This document shows positions 7,915 to 16,574 of a stretch of 20,000 nucleotides of DNA, in pieces (positions within the stretch are counted from its first letter, which is position 1; every line of letters begins with the position of its first letter). The position numbers and the translations under genes are program-made. Origin of the DNA: an uncultured virus (IMG/VR IMGVR_UViG_3300012267_000003) (Duplodnaviria > Heunggongvirae > Uroviricota > Caudoviricetes); the IMG/VR virus record IMGVR_UViG_3300012267_000003. One strand, given 5' to 3'. The notes beneath the pieces are model-generated. The model was not told the DNA's origin, did no database searches, and saw nothing but the letters and a program-made list of their open reading frames with translations.

Positions 7915-8346
7915 TTACTCTTCGTCGCGTGTCGGCACTTCCGGGATAAGCATCCAGTACTCGTTGTTGGTGACCCGTCTCGAAATATCAGCTCGTAGGG
8001 CCACTTTATCTCCAAAGGCTTTGGCTTTATCTTCTGTATCGAACTCATAGAAGTGCATGAAGGTCGCCTCGGCATCGTCGTAACCACAGTGTCCGATGGT
8101 TAACAGAAGTTGATACACCGGAACCTGTTCCCCATTTTCCACCTTTGAAACTAAAACCACTTCGGGGAGCGCGTACTCATCGCTTTCGGGATGCCGCTGT
8201 CCCGCAAAGTGACGGGGACATTTGTGTTGCGTATCAAAGGGGCTGGATATCCATCCATAACCCCTACAAGGGCAATCAGAAGCCTCATCACGGGCAATAA
8301 GGCCCAGATTATTTCGAAAAGTATCATATGCGTATTGGAGGCTCAT
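7915..8346 (-). CDS. Hypothetical protein with an N-terminal Zn-finger-like motif
   Basis: SD-like AAGGAAA (complement of 8351-8357); motif CPCRGYGW...HKCPRH; lies directly downstream of a sigma70-like promoter. Confidence 0.8.
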   Translation of the reverse strand: MSLQYAYDTFRNNLGLIARDEASDCPCRGYGWISSPFDTQHKCPRHFAGQRHPESDEYALPEVVLVSKVENGEQVPVYQLLLTIGHCGYDDAEATFMHFYEFDTEDKAKAFGDKVALRADISRRVTNNEYWMLIPEVPTRDEE

Positions 8347-8395
8347 GTCGTTTCCTTTCGTTCTTTAGTTGTTGTCATTTCGTCATGCTCACTTA

Positions 8396-8424
8396 ACTAT
8401 ACCCCAAGGTAGGACCCTCGTCAA
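8396..8424 (-). promoter_or_regulatory. Sigma70-type (early) promoter
   Basis: On the minus strand: TTGACG (8424-8419), 17-bp spacer, TATAGT (8401-8396), about 50 nt upstream of ATG 8346. Confidence 0.85.
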
Positions 8425-8542
8425 AAATGTTTTTTATCGACGCAAAAGCGGTAATCCTTTTATGAGATCTATAGGTATATCATTACCCGTGGCTTAGGGC
8501 GGCGGGTGTTTAGGAACCAATCTGGTATGAGGAGTTGAAGGT

Positions 8543-9649
8543 ATGGCGAATAAAGAGTTTAGAAGTTATGTGGCTGCTGCAAAGATCAACATCGGTGTAG
8601 ACAAGGAAACGAGCATCGCCGTTGATAAAGGCACGGTCGTAGAGTATAACGGTACAGTGGCTATTATTGAGGGAGAAGAGTACAATTTCCCGAAACTGAG
8701 TTCCGCGATCAAAGCCCGTTGGTTGGTAGATACGGAGGAGTTGGGCATTAATACAGCAGGTCCGTACCAGCCTCAGTCTGCTCATATTACTATGAGTGCG
8801 GCCACTCCCCAACAGAAAGATGTAGTGGCGTCCCGTGCTACTATTGCCGAGGAAGATCGGGAAGTAAGTAGCGTACAGGCTTTTCGTAGTGGAGAGCAAC
8901 GAGATGCACAACAGCATCATGTACAGCAACAACAGCAACAACAGCAACAGGTACCGCAACATCGTCCGCCTTCCGCTGGGTTTCGAAATCAGATGGTTCT
9001 GGAACCTCAAGGTGGGGAAGAGGTTAGAGGTGTGAGTTTTACGACCAAAGCAGGATCCGAATCCCTTAAAGATTCGTTCCGAACAGATCAAGTAAGCCAA
9101 AATGCTACGCAGGAAGGCAACAGCAATGCAAAGTTGGCGCAGTTCCAAGAGCTTGAACGGCAGAAAATGGAACGTGAGATTGCAGCATTGAAACAGCAGC
9201 TACAACAGCAAGCTCCGCAAGAGCAGGTACAGGTCCGTGAAGGTATTCAGTTCCGAACTGAGGGTATTTCAGAGAATGCTGCGGGCACAACACCTCAAAC
9301 AGCGTCAAACCTTCCTGAAGGGATTTGGGACGGTCATGGTGCCGATGTAGTTGGGCAAGTAACAAAACAGGCTCAGGCTCAGGCCCCTCAACAGGCTCCA
9401 CAGGTTCCACAGGCTCCTGAGTATGTGACTCCTGAGATCTCTGTAGAAGATAAAGAATCTCGACTGGCATTTGCCCGGCAGATGATGCCCAATTTCGATT
9501 GGGATTTTGGACAGCACTGGAAGACCAAGCTCAAATCTTTGGAAACGAATGCCAATCCTCTATTTGTATGCACTGTGTATGCAGTAGAGTCTGATGCGAT
9601 GAAAGTACATATTGCATCTCAGTTCCCGGATCTGAACCTTGGCGGTTAA
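8543..9649 (+). CDS. Gln-rich hypothetical protein (putative virion/assembly protein)
   Basis: SD GAGGAG at about 8529-8534. 368 aa with a globular N-terminus, poly-Q and QAP linkers, a coiled-coil-like segment and a C-terminal helical domain. Confidence 0.8.
   Translation: MANKEFRSYVAAAKINIGVDKETSIAVDKGTVVEYNGTVAIIEGEEYNFPKLSSAIKARWLVDTEELGINTAGPYQPQSAHITMSAATPQQKDVVASRATIAEEDREVSSVQAFRSGEQRDAQQHHVQQQQQQQQQVPQHRPPSAGFRNQMVLEPQGGEEVRGVSFTTKAGSESLKDSFRTDQVSQNATQEGNSNAKLAQFQELERQKMEREIAALKQQLQQQAPQEQVQVREGIQFRTEGISENAAGTTPQTASNLPEGIWDGHGADVVGQVTKQAQAQAPQQAPQVPQAPEYVTPEISVEDKESRLAFARQMMPNFDWDFGQHWKTKLKSLETNANPLFVCTVYAVESDAMKVHIASQFPDLNLGG
8906..8950 (+). repeat. CAA/CAG microsatellite encoding poly-Gln
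   Basis: cagcaacaacagcaacaacagcaacag; the region encodes QQHHVQQQQQQQQQ. Confidence 0.85.
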
Positions 9650-9655
9650 TTGTCA

Positions 9656-9681
9656 GAGGGGGATCCGAAAGGGTCCCCTTC
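9656..9681 (+). other. GAAA-tetraloop stem-loop without a U-tract
   Basis: GAGGGGGATCC-GAAA-GGGTCCCCTTC, an 11-bp stem with two G-U pairs. Confidence 0.75.
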
Positions 9682-9694
9682 ATAGGTATGTGAT

Positions 9695-10024
9695 ATGCAC
9701 AAGAGAATTGCCAAAAAACATATGTCTCGCATCTTGTGTGATTACCTCTTAAAAGCCGTTTCTACCGTAAGGGTAGACCTATCTAAAATTCAGGGGCTTA
9801 CGGAAAGGGCGGTTGATCTTATTGACAGCTCCGAGTACCAAGAGGAAATCTACAAAGATGGTGGTGATATGATTTATACGTATCAGACCACCCTCGATCG
9901 AATGTTTGAGCAGATGGCTGTGGTTTCTTATCTCCTAGATAAGATGGCCCTTACCGGAGCTGCGGATGATTTGAACCCGGCGTTGCGGAAAGAACTAGAC
10001 AAAGCCTTGAAGGGGAAGCTATGA
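9695..10024 (+). CDS. Hypothetical helical protein
   Basis: 109-aa ORF with N-terminus MHKRIAKKH; ATGA overlap with the next gene. Confidence 0.75.
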   Translation: MHKRIAKKHMSRILCDYLLKAVSTVRVDLSKIQGLTERAVDLIDSSEYQEEIYKDGGDMIYTYQTTLDRMFEQMAVVSYLLDKMALTGAADDLNPALRKELDKALKGKL

Positions 10025-10263
10025 CCTCTAGGAGAGTTTTAGCAAAGAGGGTAGCTTCTGCTTACGTAAAGAGGCTTCTCTCTTTTCGTACGGACATAGA
10101 GGACCTAGCTGGTTTTCCCACTTATGTGAATCGAGAAGGTCCTGCGGAAGAGGATTCCGAAAATAAGTTAAAAGAGCCTTTGCCGAACGAGATCACAGAT
10201 TGGACTGATCACGGAACTGGGTACATCACTCCCAATGTCTCAGACGATGCTATTCGAAGATGA
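10021..10263 (+). CDS. Small hypothetical protein with an N-terminal KRVASAY tag
   Basis: 80 aa; ATGA overlaps on both sides. Confidence 0.7.
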   Translation: MTSRRVLAKRVASAYVKRLLSFRTDIEDLAGFPTYVNREGPAEEDSENKLKEPLPNEITDWTDHGTGYITPNVSDDAIRR

Positions 10264-10766
10264 AAAATAGGCTAGTACATAGAGTTATAGCTCAATATCG
10301 ACTGCGGCATTATCCCCTTCGTGTGGCCCTTAGTCGCACCTATAAGGTGGCAAAGACCCCAGAGGAGATATTGTCGGGACTCAATCCCGCGATTGTGGAG
10401 AGGGCCTCAGATGTTAATTTATTGAATGTCCGCCATAATCCGTCGATAAACCAATTGGAGTATACGGTGAAGGGTAAGACCCGATCTCAGTACACCGTAA
10501 TGATTAGAGCGGTCCCAGAAGGCAAAGAGAACCAGTACTGGAAGTCCGATGTTTTGGTATCCTGTTCGTGTCGACATTGGCGCTATGGAGGTGCCGAGCA
10601 CCATGCGAAGGAAGGCGGATATCTGTATGCAGAAGAATATCCTATTGGTACTTTGGCTTCACCAGATATCAGAGATCCTCAGAAGCATAATTATGTATGC
10701 AAACATGTATATGCGGCTTTGCAGGAAGCAAAAGGGATTTATTTCGATATGGATACCCGGCGATGA
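10260..10766 (+). CDS. SWIM-type zinc finger protein
   Basis: YTV...VSCSCRHWRY...YVCKHVYAAL matches the SWIM CxC-xn-CxH pattern. Confidence 0.75.
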   Translation: MKNRLVHRVIAQYRLRHYPLRVALSRTYKVAKTPEEILSGLNPAIVERASDVNLLNVRHNPSINQLEYTVKGKTRSQYTVMIRAVPEGKENQYWKSDVLVSCSCRHWRYGGAEHHAKEGGYLYAEEYPIGTLASPDIRDPQKHNYVCKHVYAALQEAKGIYFDMDTRR

Positions 10767-11182
10767 AAAAGCAATCAGGCATAACCCCATTCGCTAATAA
10801 GGTGTACGAGCTGGCAAGAAATTTTCAGCTTACGGCGGAACTTTTAGAGAATGTGGAAGAAATTGTTGATGCTATACTAAGTCGTAATGAGGATCTACCG
10901 ATATTGCTAGAAGAGTTGGAATGCTCAGAAGAGGAACTTTTAGAGGCGTCTTTTCGGTTTTACGAGATCAAGGCCGAGGCGGAGTCCATAGCACAACAAG
11001 CTTGCTCTTGTAAAGCTAGAGCAAAGGCGTTGGCAAAAGAGGTGCTTTCTGATAAGTATTTTGGTACGTTATTAGATCTCCCTGTGGTCCGACCACACCG
11101 GGGGATTTTTGATCCGACCATGCTAACGATAGCTCGAAAGGTCGGTGCTACTTACATACAGAAGTTACGGAGGTTGAAGTGA
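10763..11182 (+). CDS. Hypothetical helical protein with a C-terminal IARKVGATY tag
   Basis: Start reassigned to ATG 10763 (ATGA overlap with the SWIM gene stop); 139 aa. Confidence 0.7.
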   Translation: MKKQSGITPFANKVYELARNFQLTAELLENVEEIVDAILSRNEDLPILLEELECSEEELLEASFRFYEIKAEAESIAQQACSCKARAKALAKEVLSDKYFGTLLDLPVVRPHRGIFDPTMLTIARKVGATYIQKLRRLK

Positions 11183-11565
11183 AGTACGATTTTAAATGTG
11201 TCACCTGTGATCACGTCCAAACCGCAGAATTTTCATTGGACGAGTTTGAAGTAAAAAAAGAGTCTGGAATGTCTTGTAGGGAGTGTGGAGATACTGCCAA
11301 GTTTAAATTCCAAGCTGCCGAAGTTGGGATTTGTTTTAGAGGGGATGCTTGGGCAGATAAGAATTACAAAGAGAAAGCGTTCCGAAAAAATCGTTCGAAA
11401 TATATGGCCGCCCGACAAGCTAAAAACGTCAAGACGCCTACTCTCAAACCTAATTATAGGGGAGAGGAAGCGGAGACATGGACTGAGGCTAGGGATGCCG
11501 CTCGTGATGACGGTAAAAATGTAGCGTCTTACGAACCGTTGATCCATAAAGAAGCCAGAGGATAA
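11179..11565 (+). CDS. FmdB-family-like zinc ribbon protein
   Basis: GTG start overlapping the previous TGA. YDFKCVTCDH...CRECG...FRGDAWADKNY resembles the FmdB CxxC-CxxC-FKGxG pattern. Confidence 0.75.
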   Translation: MKYDFKCVTCDHVQTAEFSLDEFEVKKESGMSCRECGDTAKFKFQAAEVGICFRGDAWADKNYKEKAFRKNRSKYMAARQAKNVKTPTLKPNYRGEEAETWTEARDAARDDGKNVASYEPLIHKEARG

Positions 11566-11568
11566 GAT

Positions 11569-12513
11569 ATGAAAAAGTCGTATATCTATCGCAGAAAAGA
11601 CAATCTGATCGACATGCTGATCAGTGATCATTTCTGGTTGAAAGTAGTAGTAGCAGACGGAGCCACAGGAGGCGGGGACTATGGGGTTAGAATTTTCCGC
11701 ACTAGATTTCTGGTTGCCGACCCTACTCCAGCATCTGACAGCTCCGCTGCGATAGCTACGGCTTTGATTGCGGAGATAAATGCAGGATCGGAGCTGGTGG
11801 AAGCCTTTTCCGGAGCGGCGGGTAATGAGGTCCTCATTCGGTTTGACCGTCTTGGTCAGGTGCCGTCATCCGACAACTACGAGGCTACCACTACAGATGG
11901 GGAGGGTAGTATTTCAGTATCACGAGCCTATCCCCAGAGCTATACCGTTAAGAATGCTTCCAACTGGGATGGTGTGTTTGCTGATATGCAGGCTGTTCCC
12001 CGGCCCGGAGGCTTCGTCTCCTCAACTGTGCGAAAATATCAGGATGCCTATCGAATTGATGCAGGACAGCTAAAGCATCGCACTCGATTCCTGTTTGATC
12101 CTAGTGATTATAGCGTTACGGATACGGATGTGAGTTTTTTCCAGATCTCTACTGTAGTAGATGGGCAGGAGATTGATGAGGGTCCTATCGAGATTGTCAT
12201 GACGGCAGACCAAGCATTGGACGTAGGTGAAGACGCACTTCTCCTTACCGGAACAGTACCACAGGCCGCTTCTTTTTCCGATGGTTTGTATCTGCAATTC
12301 CCAATACGCAGTTCCTCTTTTGAGATCCGAAATAAAGGGGCAAATGATTTACGCTTTGCTTTCAAATCAGGACAAGCCGAGTGGGTATTAGAGCCGGGAG
12401 ATTCTTTTTCGGATGCTCGCGTGAATATTACAGGTTTCACACTTCGAGGAGACGGTGGCTCTACTGACGTAGAGATTTACACCACTATCCTCACTTCCAA
12501 GTTTATTGCGTAA
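11569..12513 (+). CDS. Putative virion structural protein (multi-domain, beta-rich)
   Basis: SD AGAGGA at about 11557-11562. 314 aa with an internal AAIATALIAEINAGS segment and a C-terminal beta-sandwich-like region (FEIRNKGANDLRFAF...LEPGDS). Confidence 0.65.
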   Translation: MKKSYIYRRKDNLIDMLISDHFWLKVVVADGATGGGDYGVRIFRTRFLVADPTPASDSSAAIATALIAEINAGSELVEAFSGAAGNEVLIRFDRLGQVPSSDNYEATTTDGEGSISVSRAYPQSYTVKNASNWDGVFADMQAVPRPGGFVSSTVRKYQDAYRIDAGQLKHRTRFLFDPSDYSVTDTDVSFFQISTVVDGQEIDEGPIEIVMTADQALDVGEDALLLTGTVPQAASFSDGLYLQFPIRSSSFEIRNKGANDLRFAFKSGQAEWVLEPGDSFSDARVNITGFTLRGDGGSTDVEIYTTILTSKFIA

Positions 12514-12570
12514 CGTGATAATGCTTTAATATCTCCCTAAAAGAGACATCAATTTCTGGCGGAGGCCCAT

Positions 12571-13125
12571 ATGTTTATTCGTTTAGTACATAGTCAAAAT
12601 ACAGACGGCGCTCTATTGGTAACTGACATTGAGTCAGGATTACCAAATGAGGAGTTCGGAATCTATCGCAAACAGCCGGGCGTTTATGTCCCTTACTACC
12701 GATCTTTCTTTGGATCTGATGGGCTGGTAGAGATAGACCGTGACAATCCCGGTTTCATTGATCTCGTACAGTCGGATAAAGTACGGCTTTCGGTGGCGCA
12801 GGGAGTTATTGCGGCTCTTGCTACGGAAGAGTTCTTTGCTGTTATTGAAATTCCTACGGGCGCTTTGAATGCTCCGACTATTTCTACTGTCACACAGACC
12901 GCTACGGGCGACGTTACTGTTTCCGGTACCAATTTTGAATCGTTTTCTCCCGATGTTACTGGAGTAGCGATTGATGGAGTAGCGCTGGATGCTGGCGATT
13001 TTTCTGTGGATAGCGCCACTACAATCACTATTACTACGGGGACAGCTTATAGCTCCGGAGAAGAAGTTGTTGTTACGGCTAACAGAAAAGATTCCAATGC
13101 TGTATCTGTAGATCACACCGCATAA
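12571..13125 (+). CDS. Virion protein with a C-terminal IPT/TIG Ig-like domain
   Basis: SD GGAGG at about 12561-12565. APTISTVT...VTVSGTNF...VAIDGV...FSVDSATTITIT...VVVT is the IPT/TIG pattern. Confidence 0.75.
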   Translation: MFIRLVHSQNTDGALLVTDIESGLPNEEFGIYRKQPGVYVPYYRSFFGSDGLVEIDRDNPGFIDLVQSDKVRLSVAQGVIAALATEEFFAVIEIPTGALNAPTISTVTQTATGDVTVSGTNFESFSPDVTGVAIDGVALDAGDFSVDSATTITITTGTAYSSGEEVVVTANRKDSNAVSVDHTA

Positions 13126-13135
13126 CAGTGATTAA

Positions 13136-13498
13136 ATGAATGGTAATCAGTCAAAAAAGATTCGAGAAGTACTTGATGCTCACCGGTCAGATTTTCGGGG
13201 GGTTGAGTGGCAACCTCGACGTGTAGTACAGACTAACACGATGGCTTTGGTTTTGGAAGTTGTTAGAGATTTGTCAGAAGAAGTTGAAGGATTGCCGCTG
13301 GAGGACCTACCAACCTCAAGTTCATTGAGACGCTATCAGCACGATATAGTGATAGCGTATGAGAAGGTTCGAAGGAATAGGCTGTATGATCAAGGCGAGT
13401 TTTTTCGTCAAGTTGGTATAGTCTTTGACCTTTCAGGAAAGGTCTTAGAAGAGTTGGCGAGATTGGAGAGAATGGGTTATTTTGACCCGGAAACCTAA
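13136..13498 (+). CDS. Hypothetical helical protein
   Basis: 120-aa ORF packed closely between neighbouring genes. Confidence 0.7.
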   Translation: MNGNQSKKIREVLDAHRSDFRGVEWQPRRVVQTNTMALVLEVVRDLSEEVEGLPLEDLPTSSSLRRYQHDIVIAYEKVRRNRLYDQGEFFRQVGIVFDLSGKVLEELARLERMGYFDPET

Positions 13499-13510
13499 AA
13501 AGGAAACACA

Positions 13511-13981
13511 ATGGCTAGAATAGCGGTAATCGGAACGCCTTTTGATAAGGCTCTTTTGCAAGATCTCGAAAAGCGTCAGACGCTACGAGAGCACACAATT
13601 CACCCCCCCGGACAGGAGCGGTATATTCGTCCTGTAGATTCGGAAGGGGCTCTTACCACAGCCTTAGAAGGCTTGGGTGGTACAGCAGTGGCTGCTGAAC
13701 TTGCAGCTTTTATTGCGGCAACGGTAGGTGCTGATGATATTTCCGTAGCTACTATCCGAACCGCAGCAGATGTTATGACTGGTATCTCCGGTACTACTGT
13801 AACGGAAGGGGAGGATCTTCAAGATCTCCTTTCTTATAAGATCATCGAAACGGGGCATTTCCTTCTCTCTTTCCACGGTGGTGTAATTCGTGGGATGCTT
13901 GAAGCTAAGGATGAGGCTGGGGATGCTAATCCTTGGATCAAGGTCTTTACAGACGCTGGCGACGAGTTGTTTGAGCTGTAA
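13511..13981 (+). CDS. Putative virion structural protein, possibly a distant paralog of the N-domain of 12571-13125
   Basis: SD AAGGA at about 13500-13504; 156 aa; ALLQDLE and LSFHGGVI motifs resemble those in the 12571 protein. Confidence 0.7.
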   Translation: MARIAVIGTPFDKALLQDLEKRQTLREHTIHPPGQERYIRPVDSEGALTTALEGLGGTAVAAELAAFIAATVGADDISVATIRTAADVMTGISGTTVTEGEDLQDLLSYKIIETGHFLLSFHGGVIRGMLEAKDEAGDANPWIKVFTDAGDELFEL

Positions 13982-14025
13982 TTCATAAACCCCTGTCCAA
14001 TTTAAAAACTCATCCTAACTAGGTA

Positions 14026-14063
14026 GAGTGCTACGGAAATTCTTCATGGTTTCCGTAGCACTC
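14026..14063. repeat. Perfect 14-bp inverted repeat (stem-loop), intergenic
   Basis: GAGTGCTACGGAAA (14026-14039) pairs with TTTCCGTAGCACTC (14050-14063); 10-nt loop; no U-tract. Confidence 0.85.
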
Positions 14064-14091
14064 CCAGTGTGGTGAATAAAAGGAATTCAAT

Positions 14092-14499
14092 ATGTCCAAT
14101 ATAGAAGCAAAGCTAGTACAGCTAGGCAAGAGTAGAAAAGATCTTCGTCCCTATATTCGCCCTGTCCTAGCGCATCTTCGAGAGTCTTCCCGTGTGTCTG
14201 CGGTAAAGACTGCAAAGGTCGACCGTAAGACCGAAGCAATGATGAATCGAATTCTGGGGAGGAGAGGGTATATGGTGGGCGTCAGTCTTGCCGATCTTGA
14301 CCTCGGTAAAAAGAAAATTGAGTTGAGGGTAGATGTAATGCCCGAGAGTATGGGTGCAGAAAGGCCCGTCACGGATAGTGCCGTCGCAGCGGACTTAGCT
14401 TTCCTTATCTCCGAGAAATTGAATGCACGGTCCTATGAGGTTAAGAAGGGTAAGGGGCTCGCTGATTATAGCTTTCATTTTGAGCTAGTTATTGTGTGA
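14092..14499 (+). CDS. Hypothetical protein with the shared N-terminal tag (putative internal head protein)
   Basis: SD AAAGGA at about 14079-14084; N-terminus MSNIEAKLVQLGKSRKDLRPYIRPVLAHL...VKTAK. Confidence 0.8.
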   Translation: MSNIEAKLVQLGKSRKDLRPYIRPVLAHLRESSRVSAVKTAKVDRKTEAMMNRILGRRGYMVGVSLADLDLGKKKIELRVDVMPESMGAERPVTDSAVAADLAFLISEKLNARSYEVKKGKGLADYSFHFELVIV

Positions 14500-14511
14500 T
14501 CCCTCTATATT

Positions 14512-14754
14512 ATGGAAGTTATGTCAGTCAAAAAAGATTTTCGTACTTGCGACCTATATTTCGCAGCCTACTTGAAAGCGATTGACATCCCGTTTTCGGG
14601 TTCGGCGAAAGTGGGACGAAAGACCTATTTCATTTTTGATACCGCAGAGGGCGTGCGGGAATACCGTGATGGGTATTTTGCAGGTACCGCAAAGGTGTCC
14701 GCACTCCGCCATGCGAATGAGATTAAGAATCTCAAAAGATTGTGTCACCTCTAA
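14512..14754 (+). CDS. DUF5659-like small protein
   Basis: FRTCDLYFAAYL...YFIF...Y...V.A...NEIKNLK resembles the DUF5659 phage family pattern (by eye). Confidence 0.6.
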   Translation: MEVMSVKKDFRTCDLYFAAYLKAIDIPFSGSAKVGRKTYFIFDTAEGVREYRDGYFAGTAKVSALRHANEIKNLKRLCHL

Positions 14755-14766
14755 CAGGAAGCCCTC

Positions 14767-15561
14767 GTGCTAAAAAAATCTCGATACGAAGTGCAAGGGT
14801 TGATAGATGCTTATACGGGTCATGGTAGTCTTCGTATATCACAACTAGCTTCCGATCTTTTGCGAGATGGGATTCAGCCTATTAGCAATAAGGTCGCCCA
14901 AGATCTGTTAGATGAACTAACCGACGCAAGAGTTGTTCGTATAGAAAAAGGTTCTGTATTTTGGTGGGATGATTATTTAGGTCCGGATCCTACCCCTATT
15001 GGACCCTATCAAGGGGTCCTAAAATCCCTTGAGAACCATCCCGCCATCCTCTCAATAGTGAGTGCTATGAAAAATAATAAAAACTCTTCCCTTTCTTCCT
15101 TACGCTCTTCAAAACTTTCTGAGCCCTTAGAAGAACACCTAGTACGTTTGGGTAAAGTGCGTAAAGACTTACGTCCTCATATTCGCCCCATCCTAGCTGA
15201 AATGAGACAAGCCAATCCGGATTTTCAGCAACGAGCAAAGGCGCTGGAATCTATGATGGCCCGGACTCTTCAACCTTTTAAGGTACGCTTGGTAGAGGCT
15301 GCCGAGGGTTGGTCAATGGTTCACTTTTCAGTGTCCCATGCGGATCGAGATCCCATTATGTTTTCCTTTACGGGAGTGACACCGGGAGCAAAAAGTCTTA
15401 CATTGGTGGTAGTAGACGGTCTAGATGCTCAGGATAAAGTGCTGTTTCGGGATAGCCTCAAATACCAATCTGAGGACATCGAAAGAATGGCCCGAGCCCT
15501 TGTCTCTAAGGCTCTAAAATCTTTTAAGGTGAAAACTGTTATGGTCCCTTGGACCTACTGA
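14767..15561 (+). CDS. Hypothetical protein with an internal copy of the shared tag
   Basis: GTG start after AGGAAG; LEEHLVRLGKVRKDLRPHIRPILAEMRQA at 15127-15213. Confidence 0.7.
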   Translation: MLKKSRYEVQGLIDAYTGHGSLRISQLASDLLRDGIQPISNKVAQDLLDELTDARVVRIEKGSVFWWDDYLGPDPTPIGPYQGVLKSLENHPAILSIVSAMKNNKNSSLSSLRSSKLSEPLEEHLVRLGKVRKDLRPHIRPILAEMRQANPDFQQRAKALESMMARTLQPFKVRLVEAAEGWSMVHFSVSHADRDPIMFSFTGVTPGAKSLTLVVVDGLDAQDKVLFRDSLKYQSEDIERMARALVSKALKSFKVKTVMVPWTY

Positions 15562-15568
15562 GGCTAAT

Positions 15569-16459
15569 ATGCCGCTCCAGATAAGTAGAGGACATATCAC
15601 GGAACCCGATGACCTCGATATACAGTTGGTAGATGTTTCCGATCAGCCGATCGACCCGTACAGCATCACGTATGCTCTGTACGACGTGACTACGGGTGTG
15701 GAAGTACTCATAGGACCCGCTGAGCGCAACCCTGTACGTGTCGAGCTTGGGCACTACTACGCTCACTTTCAGATTCCAGAGAATGCGGCCTATGGGGCTT
15801 ACAGGATACGGTGGACCTTTCAAGAGGTCCAGAATGATCCTGTCCAGATGGTGATGCAAGAATTTGAGGTGGTCCGCGAGTCTGCCATACAGTCACAACT
15901 ATGGACACCCACGCAGGCCGATATGATTCAACGTCTCCGTAGACTTTTGCGGGACAACAATCCTGATAAGCATTATCACTTCCGTCCCCCGACATCTTCT
16001 GGTACGGTCAACAAATTCAATCGAGTCTTCGCCTATATCTGGGAGGACGAGGAATTGATTGAATATATGGAGCAGGCGGTGTGGGCTATTGACGCATCTC
16101 CCCCTGAGACTCATTTTAATACCTTAGATCATATGGTAAAGGGAAAGCGCTCTTGGACGCCTTGGATCATGATGGGCGCTATTACACATGCCTGTATTGC
16201 CTTATCCCTAAACTGGATTGCCGACGAGTTTGATTACTCTATCGGGGGCATTTCTCTCTCGATTGAAAAATCTTCTAAGTACCAGCAAATCAAGCAAAAT
16301 GCAGAGGGAAGGTTTGATAAGTTCATGGATAATAAGTCCCGAACGGTAAAGATTATGAGAGGGCTCCAGCAGAGTAGATATGGGATGGGAGTCCGAAGCT
16401 CTTTTGGCCCACACGTAGGTAGTGGCGTGATGACTCCCCGAAATTTCATAGGGGTATGA
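15569..16459 (+). CDS. Putative head-tail adaptor/neck protein with an N-terminal Ig-like domain
   Basis: SD GAGG at about 15560-15563. An N-terminal beta sandwich (GHYYAHFQIP...GAYRIRWTF) is followed by an adaptor-like helical part (IQRLRRLLRD...WEDEELIEYM...DYSIGGISLSI), reminiscent of HK97 gp6 / SPP1 gp15 / T4 gp13-type adaptors. Confidence 0.65.
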   Translation: MPLQISRGHITEPDDLDIQLVDVSDQPIDPYSITYALYDVTTGVEVLIGPAERNPVRVELGHYYAHFQIPENAAYGAYRIRWTFQEVQNDPVQMVMQEFEVVRESAIQSQLWTPTQADMIQRLRRLLRDNNPDKHYHFRPPTSSGTVNKFNRVFAYIWEDEELIEYMEQAVWAIDASPPETHFNTLDHMVKGKRSWTPWIMMGAITHACIALSLNWIADEFDYSIGGISLSIEKSSKYQQIKQNAEGRFDKFMDNKSRTVKIMRGLQQSRYGMGVRSSFGPHVGSGVMTPRNFIGV

Positions 16460-16574
16460 TGTCCTATATAGCGGTGATCAAGACTGCTATTTCCTATGTG
16501 CTGTTCCGGTAGTTTGAGAATTCATTTATGCCCCGTGTAGATACCTTTTAACACATTGTATAAGCGAGGGGCTT

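Noticed and set aside
7878..8087. N-terminal extension of the 167-aa minus-strand ORF
   Set aside because: It overlaps gene 7915-8346 in another frame and has a different composition; ATG 7877 has its own SD.
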